Shown here: positions 28,927 to 37,396 of the stretch, one piece after another
Layout of the letters: each line of letters starts with the position of its first letter
Position numbering within the stretch: the stretch's first letter is position 1
From: Syntrophobacterales bacterium
GTDB lineage: Bacteria; Desulfobacterota; Syntrophia; Syntrophales; UBA5619
DNA length: 64,000 nucleotides
NCBI GenBank assembly: GCA_019429105.1
Contig: JAHYJE010000013.1
Coordinates: 4,193-68,192, forward strand
Reading direction: 5' to 3'
Translations under genes and position numbers: made by a program
Notes under the pieces: model-generated
Seen by the model: the letters and a program-made list of their open reading frames with translations, nothing else
What the model was told of the DNA's origin: nothing
Databases searched by the model: none

Positions 28927-29100
28927 GAGGCAATTGCAAAACTCTCACATTCTGTCATTCCCGCAATGATTTTAAGCGGGAAAACGAAGTTTAATGTTCA
29001 TAATCTGGTTCTAACTGCTTGAAAAACCGTATTCCCGATAGAAGCATTGTGTACATTAAGCTCCGCTTTCGGGAATGACAAATAGTTTTGCAATTGGCTC
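28927..29100. mobile_element. MITE-like 174-bp inverted-repeat element (17-bp terminal inverted repeats, flanking AAAC duplication)
   Basis: The left end GAGGCAATTGCAAAACT (28927-28943) matches the reverse complement of the right end AGTTTTGCAATTGGCTC (29084-29100) at 16 of 17 positions. A second inverted pair is TGTCATTCCC (28953-28962) / GGGAATGACA (29071-29080). AAAC lies immediately outside both ends (28923-28926 and 29101-29104). Only one copy is visible, so mobility is unproven. Confidence 0.35.
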
Positions 29101-29148
29101 AAACATTAGTCTTTTTAGCATATTATACATTTAGAGACAAGTAAATAA

Positions 29149-29177
29149 TTGACTTTATCATAAAGCTAAGATAATAA
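29149..29177 (+). promoter_or_regulatory. candidate sigma-70 promoter for purM (TTGACT-N17-TAATAA, or N15-GATAAT)
   Basis: TTGACT at 29149-29154. AT-rich -10 candidates lie at 29170-29177. Confidence 0.3.
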
Positions 29178-29185
29178 ACGGCCGG

Positions 29186-29259
29186 CGATTTATGAACATT
29201 AATCTTCGATTTATGAACATTAATCTGCGATTTGTGAACATTAATCTGCGATTTGAGGA
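29186..29259 (+). repeat. direct tandem repeat, 3 full + 1 partial copies of a 21-bp unit CGATTTATGAACATTAATCTK
   Basis: Units at 29186-29206, 29207-29227 and 29228-29248 differ at 1-2 positions. A partial fourth unit is CGATTTGAGGA. The array lies 33 nt upstream of the purM ATG. Confidence 0.9.
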
Positions 29260-29291
29260 TTTTTAAATTATCGTTTGGGGAGAGAAACTGA

Positions 29292-30335
29292 ATGACAGAC
29301 AAACTTACTTACAGAAAATCCGGAGTTGACATAGATGCGGGCAATTCCTTTGTTGAGAGAATAAAACCTCTGATAAAAAACACCGCCCGCAGGGAAATGA
29401 TGAGTGGGATTGGCGGGTTCGGCGGCCTTTTTCACCTCGACACGGGGAAAATAAAAGACCCTCTGCTTGTCTCTTCCACAGACGGCGTAGGCACCAAACT
29501 CAAAATCGCGCAATTGATGGACAAGCATGATACGGTCGGAATCGACCTGGTGGCGATGTCGGTAAACGACATCATTGTTCAGGGAGCGGAGCCGCTCTTT
29601 TTTCTCGACTACATAGCATGCGGCAAGCTGGATGTAGATAAAAGCGTTCAAATTGTTGAAGGAATCGTCGCGGGATGTCAGGATGCCGGCTGCTCGCTGC
29701 TCGGCGGGGAAACGGCGGAGATGCCGGGGTTCTATCCCAACGGCGAGTATGATCTTGCCGGTTTTTGCGTCGGCGTTGTCGAAGCTGATAAGCTGATCGA
29801 CGGATCCGAAGTCCGCGTCGGCGACCGGATTATCGGGATAGCATCCTCCGGATTGCACAGCAATGGCTTTTCACTGGTGCGGCGCACCCTCTTTGACGAA
29901 GGAAAACTGAAACCATCCGCTAAAATAGCCGGTTTCGACCAGTCCTTGGGGCTCGAGCTCCTCACCCCAACTAAAATTTACGTAAAACCCATCCTCAATC
30001 TGATCAAAAATTTTCAAATCCACGGAATTGTGCATATTACCGGTGGGGGCTTTACCGAAAATATCCCCCGCATTATCCCTGCTCAGTGCTGCAGCGTAAT
30101 TCGCAGAGGAAGCTGGCCCATTCTGCCGATTTTTGATTTACTCCGCGACATCGGCAAGATTGATGCTGAAGAGATGTTTCGGGTGTTCAACATGGGGATC
30201 GGAATGGTCTTGATTGTCGCAAAAAATGATGAGGCAGAGATTATCGACCGGCTGGATAAAATGGGTGAGCACGGCTATGCCTTGGGAGAAATTGAAATGC
30301 GAGGAAAAGATGACCGATCAGTTTACTTCATCTGA
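29292..30335 (+). CDS. purM: phosphoribosylformylglycinamidine cyclo-ligase (AIR synthetase)
   Basis: 'YRKSGVDIDAGN', 'GIGGFGGLF', 'STDGVGTKL', 'DLVAMSVNDI', 'GGETAEMPG', 'HITGGG'. Confidence 0.95.
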   Translation: MTDKLTYRKSGVDIDAGNSFVERIKPLIKNTARREMMSGIGGFGGLFHLDTGKIKDPLLVSSTDGVGTKLKIAQLMDKHDTVGIDLVAMSVNDIIVQGAEPLFFLDYIACGKLDVDKSVQIVEGIVAGCQDAGCSLLGGETAEMPGFYPNGEYDLAGFCVGVVEADKLIDGSEVRVGDRIIGIASSGLHSNGFSLVRRTLFDEGKLKPSAKIAGFDQSLGLELLTPTKIYVKPILNLIKNFQIHGIVHITGGGFTENIPRIIPAQCCSVIRRGSWPILPIFDLLRDIGKIDAEEMFRVFNMGIGMVLIVAKNDEAEIIDRLDKMGEHGYALGEIEMRGKDDRSVYFI

Positions 30336-31020
30336 AAATCAAGGGTTAAGAGAGACACGGCGCAAGACTGTCCTGGGCGTGCTTGTTTCAGGAAACGGTT
30401 CAAACCTCCAGTCCCTCATAGAAAACATAGAAAACAAAAAACTCGACGGTCAGATTAGCGTAATGATCAGCAACAATCAATCCGCCTACGCGTTGGAGAG
30501 GTGTCGAAAACATAATATTCCCACGGCGGTAGTCGATCACCGTCGCTTTGCGGCGAGAGAGGATTTTGACAGACGCGTGATTGAAATCCTCAAAGCATCG
30601 GGAGTCGAACTTGTTGTGATGGCAGGGTTCATGCGAATACTGACTCCCCTCTTTTTTCGCGCCTTCCCGATGAAAATAATGAATATCCACCCGGCTCTCC
30701 TTCCCGCTTTTTCAGGAATCCATGTCCAGCAGAAGGCAATCGATTATGGGGTGAAATTTTCCGGATGCACCGTTCATTTTGCCGATGAAGGAGTAGATTC
30801 CGGTCCCGTAATTATCCAGGCTGTAGTTCCGGTTTATGATGATGATAACGCAAGCAGCCTCTCAAAACGCATTTTGGCAGAGGAGCATCGGATCTATCCC
30901 CAGGCCATCCAGTACTACGCTGAAGGCAGAATAGAGATAAATGGCCGCAAGGTGCGCATTCTTGACTCCAGCCGGCGGGAGTATGCAGCCCTTATCAACC
31001 CGCCTTTGACAATAGCTTAA
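30310..31020 (+). CDS. purN: phosphoribosylglycinamide formyltransferase
   Basis: 'VLVSGNGSNLQ', 'AGFMRIL', 'NIHPALLPAF.G', 'GCTVHF..EGVDSGP'. ATG at 30310 follows GAGGAAAAG and overlaps the purM 3' end. Confidence 0.9.
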   Translation: MTDQFTSSENQGLRETRRKTVLGVLVSGNGSNLQSLIENIENKKLDGQISVMISNNQSAYALERCRKHNIPTAVVDHRRFAAREDFDRRVIEILKASGVELVVMAGFMRILTPLFFRAFPMKIMNIHPALLPAFSGIHVQQKAIDYGVKFSGCTVHFADEGVDSGPVIIQAVVPVYDDDNASSLSKRILAEEHRIYPQAIQYYAEGRIEINGRKVRILDSSRREYAALINPPLTIA

Positions 31021-31034
31021 CGGAGGCTCATGGC

Positions 31035-32432
31035 ATGAAAAATCTTCATGAAACAGACATCGTTTATGATTTTACGATCCATGCTCTCGGCGAATGCACC
31101 ATCCCGTCTCCAGTAACCGTCAGCTATTTTGTTCCCGAAGAAAGGAGATTGCTTTTCAATACCTATCTGAACGAGTTCGATTTGCTGAAATCGCCGGAGG
31201 GCTTGCCGCTTTCCTTTGAGATGGCCGGACCGCGTGAGAAAATATTCTTCGATCCCTCCAAAACAAAAGCCGCCATTGTTACTTGCGGCGGGCTTTGCCC
31301 CGGCATAAACGATGTTATCCGCTCGCTGGTTATGGAACTTTATTATCGCTACGGCGTTGAAAATGTTATTGGCATCAAGTTTGGATTTCAGGGATTTATT
31401 CATAAATACGGCCATCCGGTAATTCAGCTCACACCCGATGTCGTAAAAGACATCAATAACCTGGGGGGATCAATTCTCTCCTCCTCCCGGGGACGTCAGG
31501 ATATAGACGAGATGGTGGACGCCCTGAAAAGAATGAACATTGACCTGCTTTTCACAGTAGGCGGAGACGGCACCATAAGGGGAACGGAGGGCATCTGCGA
31601 AGAGATTGCGCGCCGCGGTCTGAATATTGGGGTTGTCGGGATACCCAAGACTATCGACAACGACCTGAACCTGATACAGCAGTCCTTCGGCTTCGATACA
31701 GCCGTTTCCGAATCGGTCAAGGCAATCCAGTGCGCCCATGTAGAGGCCAAGGGAGCGCCCAATGGCATTGGCCTTGTCAAGATCATGGGACGGGAAGCCG
31801 GCCATATTGCGGCAAGCGCCGCTTTGGCACAAAATGATGTAAATTTTGTTCTCATCCCGGAGGTTCCCTTTGATTTGGATGGTGAAAAGGGGCTGCTCAG
31901 GCAAATCGAAAAAAGGCTGAAAGAAAGCGCCCATTGCGTTCTTCTTGTCGCCGAAGGCGCGGGCCAGGACATCATGTCTCAGGACTGGAAAAAGGGGGAG
32001 CCTGCCGCCTGCAGCCCTTTGCAAGGGGCAACTTGTCCATATCCGGCCAACCGGCGACAGTTGACTGTTGAGACAGACGCCTCGGGCAACCCCCGGCTGC
32101 ACGACATCGGCGCCTTCCTGAAAAAAGAGATTGCTGATCACTTTGAAAAAACGGGCATTGAAGTTAACATCAAGTATATCGACCCCAGCTACATGATCCG
32201 CAGCGTTCCGGCAAACGCCAGTGACAGCCGCTACTGCGGCGCCCTCGGACAATACGCCGTTCATGCGGGAATGGCAGGGAAAACAGGGATAATTGTCGGC
32301 ATGGTGAAGGATGAATACGTCCATATTCCCCTCAAGATGATTGGTTCCGGCACGCAGCTCGATCCCCTGGGAAATATCTGGATGAGGGTTCTGGAAGCTA
32401 CCGGCCAGCCCCCTTCCCTTACTAATGATTAA
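31035..32432 (+). CDS. pfk: 6-phosphofructokinase (long PfkA-family form; phosphoryl-donor specificity not determinable here)
   Basis: '[14 protein letters not shown]', 'VGGDGT', 'GIPKTIDND', '[11 protein letters not shown]'. Confidence 0.85.
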   Translation: MKNLHETDIVYDFTIHALGECTIPSPVTVSYFVPEERRLLFNTYLNEFDLLKSPEGLPLSFEMAGPREKIFFDPSKTKAAIVTCGGLCPGINDVIRSLVMELYYRYGVENVIGIKFGFQGFIHKYGHPVIQLTPDVVKDINNLGGSILSSSRGRQDIDEMVDALKRMNIDLLFTVGGDGTIRGTEGICEEIARRGLNIGVVGIPKTIDNDLNLIQQSFGFDTAVSESVKAIQCAHVEAKGAPNGIGLVKIMGREAGHIAASAALAQNDVNFVLIPEVPFDLDGEKGLLRQIEKRLKESAHCVLLVAEGAGQDIMSQDWKKGEPAACSPLQGATCPYPANRRQLTVETDASGNPRLHDIGAFLKKEIADHFEKTGIEVNIKYIDPSYMIRSVPANASDSRYCGALGQYAVHAGMAGKTGIIVGMVKDEYVHIPLKMIGSGTQLDPLGNIWMRVLEATGQPPSLTND

Positions 32433-32497
32433 AAAATGCTTGCATTCCTGACCAATATGATTTAAGTGCACTCAACATTTCAATAAGGAGTTCGGCT

Positions 32498-32695
32498 ATG
32501 TCAAGAGTTTGTGAAATATGTGGGAAGAAGTCGTTGAAGGGCAATAAGGTAAGCCATGCCAATAACAAGCATTCCAAGGTCTGGCAACCAAACCTCCAGA
32601 AAATCCGTTGCGTTGACGATAAATCGGGAGGGGTCAAGCAGGTTAAGGTTTGTACCCGCTGCATCCGGTCCGGTTTTGTCAAAAAAATTGTTTAA
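32498..32695 (+). CDS. rpmB: 50S ribosomal protein L28
   Basis: '[11 protein letters not shown]...[10 protein letters not shown]....QPNLQ' is the L28 pattern. 65 aa, with AAGGAG upstream. Confidence 0.95.
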   Translation: MSRVCEICGKKSLKGNKVSHANNKHSKVWQPNLQKIRCVDDKSGGVKQVKVCTRCIRSGFVKKIV

Positions 32696-32718
32696 GAATA
32701 TCATTCAAGAACCACAAA

Positions 32719-32756
32719 AGGCCGGGGGGACTTTATTATAGTTGCCCCGGCCTTTC
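32719..32756 (+). terminator. candidate intrinsic terminator after rpmB
   Basis: GGCCGGGG (32719-32726) pairs with CCCCGGCC (32744-32751) around a 17-nt loop, followed by TTTCT. The U-tract is weak. Confidence 0.5.
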
Positions 32757-32804
32757 TCGGTTATTTTACCGATATGTTTATCATGCTTTTTCAAACGGAG
32801 TAAA

Positions 32805-34541
32805 ATGTCCGTTCATGATCTCCCGATAACCCGCTGGCAATTGCGGGAAGAAAACAGAGAAGCTCAGTATCTGCTCGTTCGGGCTCTGGGAATAAGCCCT
32901 ATCGTTTCCGGGATCATTATCAATCGCGACATCGGCACCCCTGATGAAATCAGACGTTACCTGTCCCCTTCCCTTCACGACCTTCATAATCCTTTTTTAA
33001 TGCGGGACATGAAAAAGGCCGTTGAGTGTTTTATCACCGCTTTCCAGCAAAAGAAAAAAATCGTCGTTTTTGGCGATTACGACGCAGACGGAATAACCTC
33101 GGTCGCTGTGCTTTTGCGTTTTATTAGCGAAATACATGGCAATGCAAGTTTCTACATACCGGACAGGGTGGCGGAGGGATATGGTCTTAACATGGCCTCC
33201 GTTAAACGATTCCACTCCGAAGGGGTGGGGCTTATTGTTACCGTTGATTGCGGCATGGCAAATCATGAGGAAATAGCGCTCGCCAAAGAGCTGGGCATCG
33301 ACGTTATTGTCCTCGATCACCATGAACCCTCGGAATCCCTGCCGCCGGCTGACGCAATCGTCAATCCGAAGCGCGCCGATTGCAACTTTCCTTTCAAACA
33401 ACTGGCTGCCGTCGGCATTGTTTTTAATTTCCTGATCGCCCTGCGCGGCGCCTTGCGCAGCGAGGGGTTCTGGAGCAACGGCAAATGCCCTAATCTGCGG
33501 GGCTATCTTGATCTCGTTGCGTTGGGCACCATTGGCGATGTTGTTCCGCTGGTCGATGAAAACAGGATATTCGCTAAAATAGGCATGGAACTGATATCGC
33601 AGGGATCAAGAATTGGGATACGCGCGCTGAAAATGGTATGCGGACTGGAGGGAAAGCCGATAGAGGCAAGCAGGGCATCCTATACCCTCATCCCCCGGAT
33701 TAATGCGGCGGGCAGGGTTTCGTCGGCGGCAAATGCCGTTGAACTGCTCCTTTCCGAAAACTCGGGAGAGGCTTTCATTCTCGCGCAAAAACTCGAAAAT
33801 TTTAACAAAAAAAGACAGTTGCTGGAAAGGGCGATTTTCGCTCAACTGCTGGAAACCGTTTCAAAAGCCGCAACTTCCGGGGATAATGAACCAATGGTTT
33901 TCTCCTCTCCGGACTGGCATCCAGGCGTGATCGGGATTGTCGCCTCAAAACTGGCGGATCGTTTTGGCCGACCGGCGATACTTATCAGCATCAAAGATGG
34001 ATTGGGCAAGGGCTCGGGACGCAGCGCCGCAGATTTTAATCTCTTCGAGGGAATCAAGCGTTGTGAATCGCATCTACTGGCCTACGGAGGCCATCGCTAT
34101 GCGGCAGGCATCCTGATCGAGGAAGAAAATATAGCCCCGTTCACAAAGCAGTTGGGTGAAATTATCAACGACAGCTGTCCGGAACAGGAATTCGCCTCCG
34201 GCACCGCAATTGACGCCCAGTGCCTGCTTACCGACGTAAACCATGAACTGCTTGAACAAATTCAGATGCTGGCCCCTTTTGGCAGCGGCAATCAGGAACC
34301 GATCCTCTTGGCCAGAAATGTCAGCGTTTCTTCTTTGGCAATTGTCGGAAACAACCATTTAAAAATGCGCGTGAGCAATAACGGCATCTCCCGGGACTCT
34401 ATCTGGTTCAACAAGGGCCAGTACCTCCCCATAATCAGCCAAGCTATGCTCGATATTGTCTTTACCCCAAAAATCAATGACTGGAACGGAGGGGAAAACA
34501 TCCAATTGATAATGAAAGACGCGCAAGTCAAAAAAAACTAA
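32805..34541 (+). CDS. recJ: single-stranded-DNA-specific exonuclease RecJ
   Basis: DHH motifs 'VFGDYDADGITS', 'TVDCG' and 'VLDHH', plus a DHHA1-like 'GGHRYAAG'. ATG at 32805 follows ACGGAG. Confidence 0.9.
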   Translation: MSVHDLPITRWQLREENREAQYLLVRALGISPIVSGIIINRDIGTPDEIRRYLSPSLHDLHNPFLMRDMKKAVECFITAFQQKKKIVVFGDYDADGITSVAVLLRFISEIHGNASFYIPDRVAEGYGLNMASVKRFHSEGVGLIVTVDCGMANHEEIALAKELGIDVIVLDHHEPSESLPPADAIVNPKRADCNFPFKQLAAVGIVFNFLIALRGALRSEGFWSNGKCPNLRGYLDLVALGTIGDVVPLVDENRIFAKIGMELISQGSRIGIRALKMVCGLEGKPIEASRASYTLIPRINAAGRVSSAANAVELLLSENSGEAFILAQKLENFNKKRQLLERAIFAQLLETVSKAATSGDNEPMVFSSPDWHPGVIGIVASKLADRFGRPAILISIKDGLGKGSGRSAADFNLFEGIKRCESHLLAYGGHRYAAGILIEEENIAPFTKQLGEIINDSCPEQEFASGTAIDAQCLLTDVNHELLEQIQMLAPFGSGNQEPILLARNVSVSSLAIVGNNHLKMRVSNNGISRDSIWFNKGQYLPIISQAMLDIVFTPKINDWNGGENIQLIMKDAQVKKN

Positions 34542-35338
34542 AGCCATCTTTTTCTACGCCGGTAGGATTTTACCTCGTCATAAGATTTGGCATCCCCTGT
34601 TACCGACATTCCCAGATAGAATTCCTTGATATCCGGGTTTTCACGGACGGCCTCCGCGGAGCCCTCCATAACAATCTTGCCATTTTCCATTACGTAGCCG
34701 TAATGGGCAATCTGGAGGGCCATCTGGGCGTTTTGTTCAACAAGGATGATAGTGGTTCCCTCTTCTTCGTTTATCCTTTTTATGATGCCGAAGATTTCCC
34801 GTACAAGGATCGGCGCCAAACCAAGGGAGGGTTCGTCCAGAAGCAGCAATTCCGGATGTGCCATGAGCCCCCGTCCAATAACGAGCATCTGCAATTCTCC
34901 GCCGCTGCAGTAACCGGCGAGTCTTTTGCGCATCGTACTTAAGGCGGGGAAATAATTATAAACCTTGTCGAGGTCTTCCTGGTATGGCTTCCCTGATCTT
35001 GTCGCCGTTCCCACGCGGAGATTTTCTTCTATTGTTAAATACTTGAACGGTTGTCTCCCTTCTAATACCTGGATAATGCCGTTTCGGGTGATTTCTTCCG
35101 GAGATTTGTTATGCATCGGACGCTCCTTATAAAGAATCGCCCCCTCCGTTACCATTCCGTTTTCCGGCTTCAGAAGTCCCGATATTGCCTTCAGGGTTGT
35201 CGTCTTGCCTGCCCCGTTGCTTCCCAGTAGGGAGACAATCTGACCCTGCTCAACCGACAGCGAGACACCCTTGAGAACCTGGATTACGTCCGAGTAAACA
35301 ACTGAAATGTTGTTGAGCTGCAATAATTTTTGTGCCAT
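34538..35338 (-). CDS. ABC transporter ATP-binding protein (LivF-like)
   Basis: 'GSNGAGKTT', 'YCSGGELQML', 'LLLLDEPSLGLAP'. Confidence 0.85.
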   Translation of the reverse strand: MAQKLLQLNNISVVYSDVIQVLKGVSLSVEQGQIVSLLGSNGAGKTTTLKAISGLLKPENGMVTEGAILYKERPMHNKSPEEITRNGIIQVLEGRQPFKYLTIEENLRVGTATRSGKPYQEDLDKVYNYFPALSTMRKRLAGYCSGGELQMLVIGRGLMAHPELLLLDEPSLGLAPILVREIFGIIKRINEEEGTTIILVEQNAQMALQIAHYGYVMENGKIVMEGSAEAVRENPDIKEFYLGMSVTGDAKSYDEVKSYRRRKRWL

Positions 35339-35348
35339 TTAAAAACCT

Positions 35349-36419
35349 TCAGTAAGGGAAAGGCCAGAGGCGGAAGTTGGAGCGAACGATTCGCCACACC
35401 TCCGCTAATCCGCGCGGTTCAAACAGAATAAAGAGAACGATGGCAACCCCGTAAAAAAATTCCCGCAGAGGCGCCAGGCTCAGACCCAGTTGCGTGACGA
35501 TTGCGCTGTTCATCAGGGAATCGGTCATAAACCGCAGTAGCTCGTTTAGCACTGTAATGAACACGGCGCCAAAAATGGAACCGGAAATGCTTCCCAAGCC
35601 GCCGATAATCACCATCGCCAGATACTCCACGGAAAGTGAGAGATTGAACGGTTCAGTCGTGATGCTGCCCATATAATACGCCCAAAGGGCGCCGGCAAAA
35701 CCGGCATAAAAAGAGCTGACGGCAAACGCAAAGACCTTGTAAGGGAAAATGGGAATTCCCATTCCTTCCGCCGCCCGGTCGTTATCCCTGATCGCAATCC
35801 ACGCTCTCCCAAAACGCGTGCGGATCAGATTGACGGCGATCCACAGCATCAAGGCGAGCAGCGGGAAAATTATATAATAAAAGGGAATATCCCCCTGGAT
35901 GGTGAATCCGAAGAACACGGGCATTGGCATCGTGATTCCCATCGTTCCCTTTGTCATATATTCCCAATGCACCAGTACATACTCGATTATAAACTGACCG
36001 GCCAAGGTGGCAATAGTCAAATACAGTCCCTTGAGACGTCCGGAGGGCACGCCGAAAATCATGCCCACCCCGGCGGTTATCAATCCGGCGGCAGGGATAG
36101 TGATAAATATCGGCAGATTAAGCCTGGTCGCCAGAATCGCCCCGGCATAAGCGCCGACACCGAAGAACGCCCCGTGGCCGAGCGATATCTGTCCGGTAAA
36201 ACCGGTCAGCAGATTCAAGCCGATTACTGAAATTGCCGCTATTCCGGTGATATTCATCACATAAATAAGATAAGGGCTGAGCGGCATCAGCGGCACGGAT
36301 AAAAGCAAGATAATCCCGACTATGGCCCAAATCCTGCCGAAGTCGGTAGAAAAGATTGTAAGCTCCCGGTCATAAGACTCGTTGAAGTTGCCGCAGGGAT
36401 GTAACTGGATTTTTTTCAT
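35349..36419 (-). CDS. branched-chain-amino-acid-type ABC permease (LivM-like)
   Basis: Polytopic protein with 'GQISLGHGAFFGVGAYA', typical of LivM-family permeases. Confidence 0.85.
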   Translation of the reverse strand: MKKIQLHPCGNFNESYDRELTIFSTDFGRIWAIVGIILLLSVPLMPLSPYLIYVMNITGIAAISVIGLNLLTGFTGQISLGHGAFFGVGAYAGAILATRLNLPIFITIPAAGLITAGVGMIFGVPSGRLKGLYLTIATLAGQFIIEYVLVHWEYMTKGTMGITMPMPVFFGFTIQGDIPFYYIIFPLLALMLWIAVNLIRTRFGRAWIAIRDNDRAAEGMGIPIFPYKVFAFAVSSFYAGFAGALWAYYMGSITTEPFNLSLSVEYLAMVIIGGLGSISGSIFGAVFITVLNELLRFMTDSLMNSAIVTQLGLSLAPLREFFYGVAIVLFILFEPRGLAEVWRIVRSNFRLWPFPY

Positions 36420-36425
36420 CTTTTT

Positions 36426-37304
36426 TTAGACCCGTTCGATTTCTTTTAACCCGAACAAACCGTATGGCTTGATCAGCAGAATAAGCACCAGGATGATATA
36501 AGGCACAACATCGCGCAACGAGGGGGAGATATATCCCCCGGTAAACGTCTCCAAAAGACCAATTATCAGGCCGCCGACAATCGCGCCGCCGATGCTGTCA
36601 AGCCCTCCCAGAATGATTACCGGAAACACCTTTAAACCCAAGGCAGACAGATCGTGAACATTGACGCCGTTGATGATTCCCAGCACTATGCCGCTCATCC
36701 CGGCTACAAGGGCGGCTATCGCCCAGGAAAGGGCAAAAACGCGTCTTACATTGACGCCGAGAGAAAGGGCAGCCCGCTGGTTGTCGGCAACAGAGCGCAT
36801 GTAAATTCCCTGTGAGGAAAATTTAAAGAAAAGACCGAAGATTATCAAAAAGAAGATGCCTATCCCAAAAGTCGCCACATAAACAGGCGGGATGCTGACC
36901 ACCCCTAACCTAAAGCCCATCGCCTCCGGAAGAAAATTGGGGTATGTGTAAAGATTCCCTCCCCAGATAAGCAGAATTATCCCTTTGAACATTGCCGCCA
37001 GACCAACCGTCAGCATAATGACAAAGATCAGTTTCTCGCCAATCAAGGGCCGGAGAAAAACCCTTTCAATCAGGATTCCGGTAATAAAGCAGGCAACAAG
37101 CGTAAAGATAAAAGCGAGAATAACCGGCAGCTTGACAACCGTGATGAAGATCAGAAAGAAATAACCGCCCAGTGCGAGCAATTCGCCATGCGCAAAGTTC
37201 AAAACGCTTGACGATTTGAAGATCATTACAAACCCCATCGCGGAAAGTCCATAGACGAAACCGACGGAAAGACCTCCGATGAGCAACTGCAAAAAGAAAT
37301 CCAC
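36426..37304 (-). CDS. branched-chain-amino-acid-type ABC permease (LivH-like)
   Basis: Polytopic protein with 'VLNFAHGELLALGGY', typical of LivH-family permeases. Confidence 0.85.
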   Translation of the reverse strand: MDFFLQLLIGGLSVGFVYGLSAMGFVMIFKSSSVLNFAHGELLALGGYFFLIFITVVKLPVILAFIFTLVACFITGILIERVFLRPLIGEKLIFVIMLTVGLAAMFKGIILLIWGGNLYTYPNFLPEAMGFRLGVVSIPPVYVATFGIGIFFLIIFGLFFKFSSQGIYMRSVADNQRAALSLGVNVRRVFALSWAIAALVAGMSGIVLGIINGVNVHDLSALGLKVFPVIILGGLDSIGGAIVGGLIIGLLETFTGGYISPSLRDVVPYIILVLILLIKPYGLFGLKEIERV

Positions 37305-37396
37305 TTTAACCCTCCCTAACCCTGCAGTGTCTTGAAAATCGTTTTTTGGAAACTATCAAATCGTAGATTTGAGTTTATAAACGGACGGCTGGTTTC

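Noticed and set aside
28953-28985. GTCATTCCCGC-N11-GCGGGAAAAC resembles a CRISPR repeat or a neisserial ATTCCC-N8-GGGAAT-type repeat.
   Set aside because: There is a single hairpin, with no repeat-spacer periodicity and no cas genes in the window. It is better explained as part of the MITE-like inverted-repeat element.
29192-29266. The tandem repeat encodes an in-frame mini-ORF, MNINLRFMNINLRFVNINLRFEDF*. A 14-aa version, MNINLRFMNINLRF*, occurs at 39339-39383.
   Set aside because: A 21-nt unit is 7 codons, so frame conservation is automatic. There is no Shine-Dalgarno sequence before either ATG, and the 39.3-kb copy is antisense to its operon. I kept it only as a remote leader-peptide possibility.
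29178-29291. A possible purine/ZTP-type riboswitch in the purM leader.
   Set aside because: I could not find the conserved pfl/ZTP or purine-riboswitch core sequences. The leader is almost entirely occupied by the 21-bp tandem repeat. An Rfam scan would settle it.
31035-32432. An apparent ~25-aa insertion in the phosphofructokinase ('[27 protein letters not shown]'), and the long N-terminal extension of RecG (26425-28875).
   Set aside because: I cannot judge whether these are lineage-typical without alignments to homologues, and nothing in the sequence itself marks them as inteins or mobile insertions.
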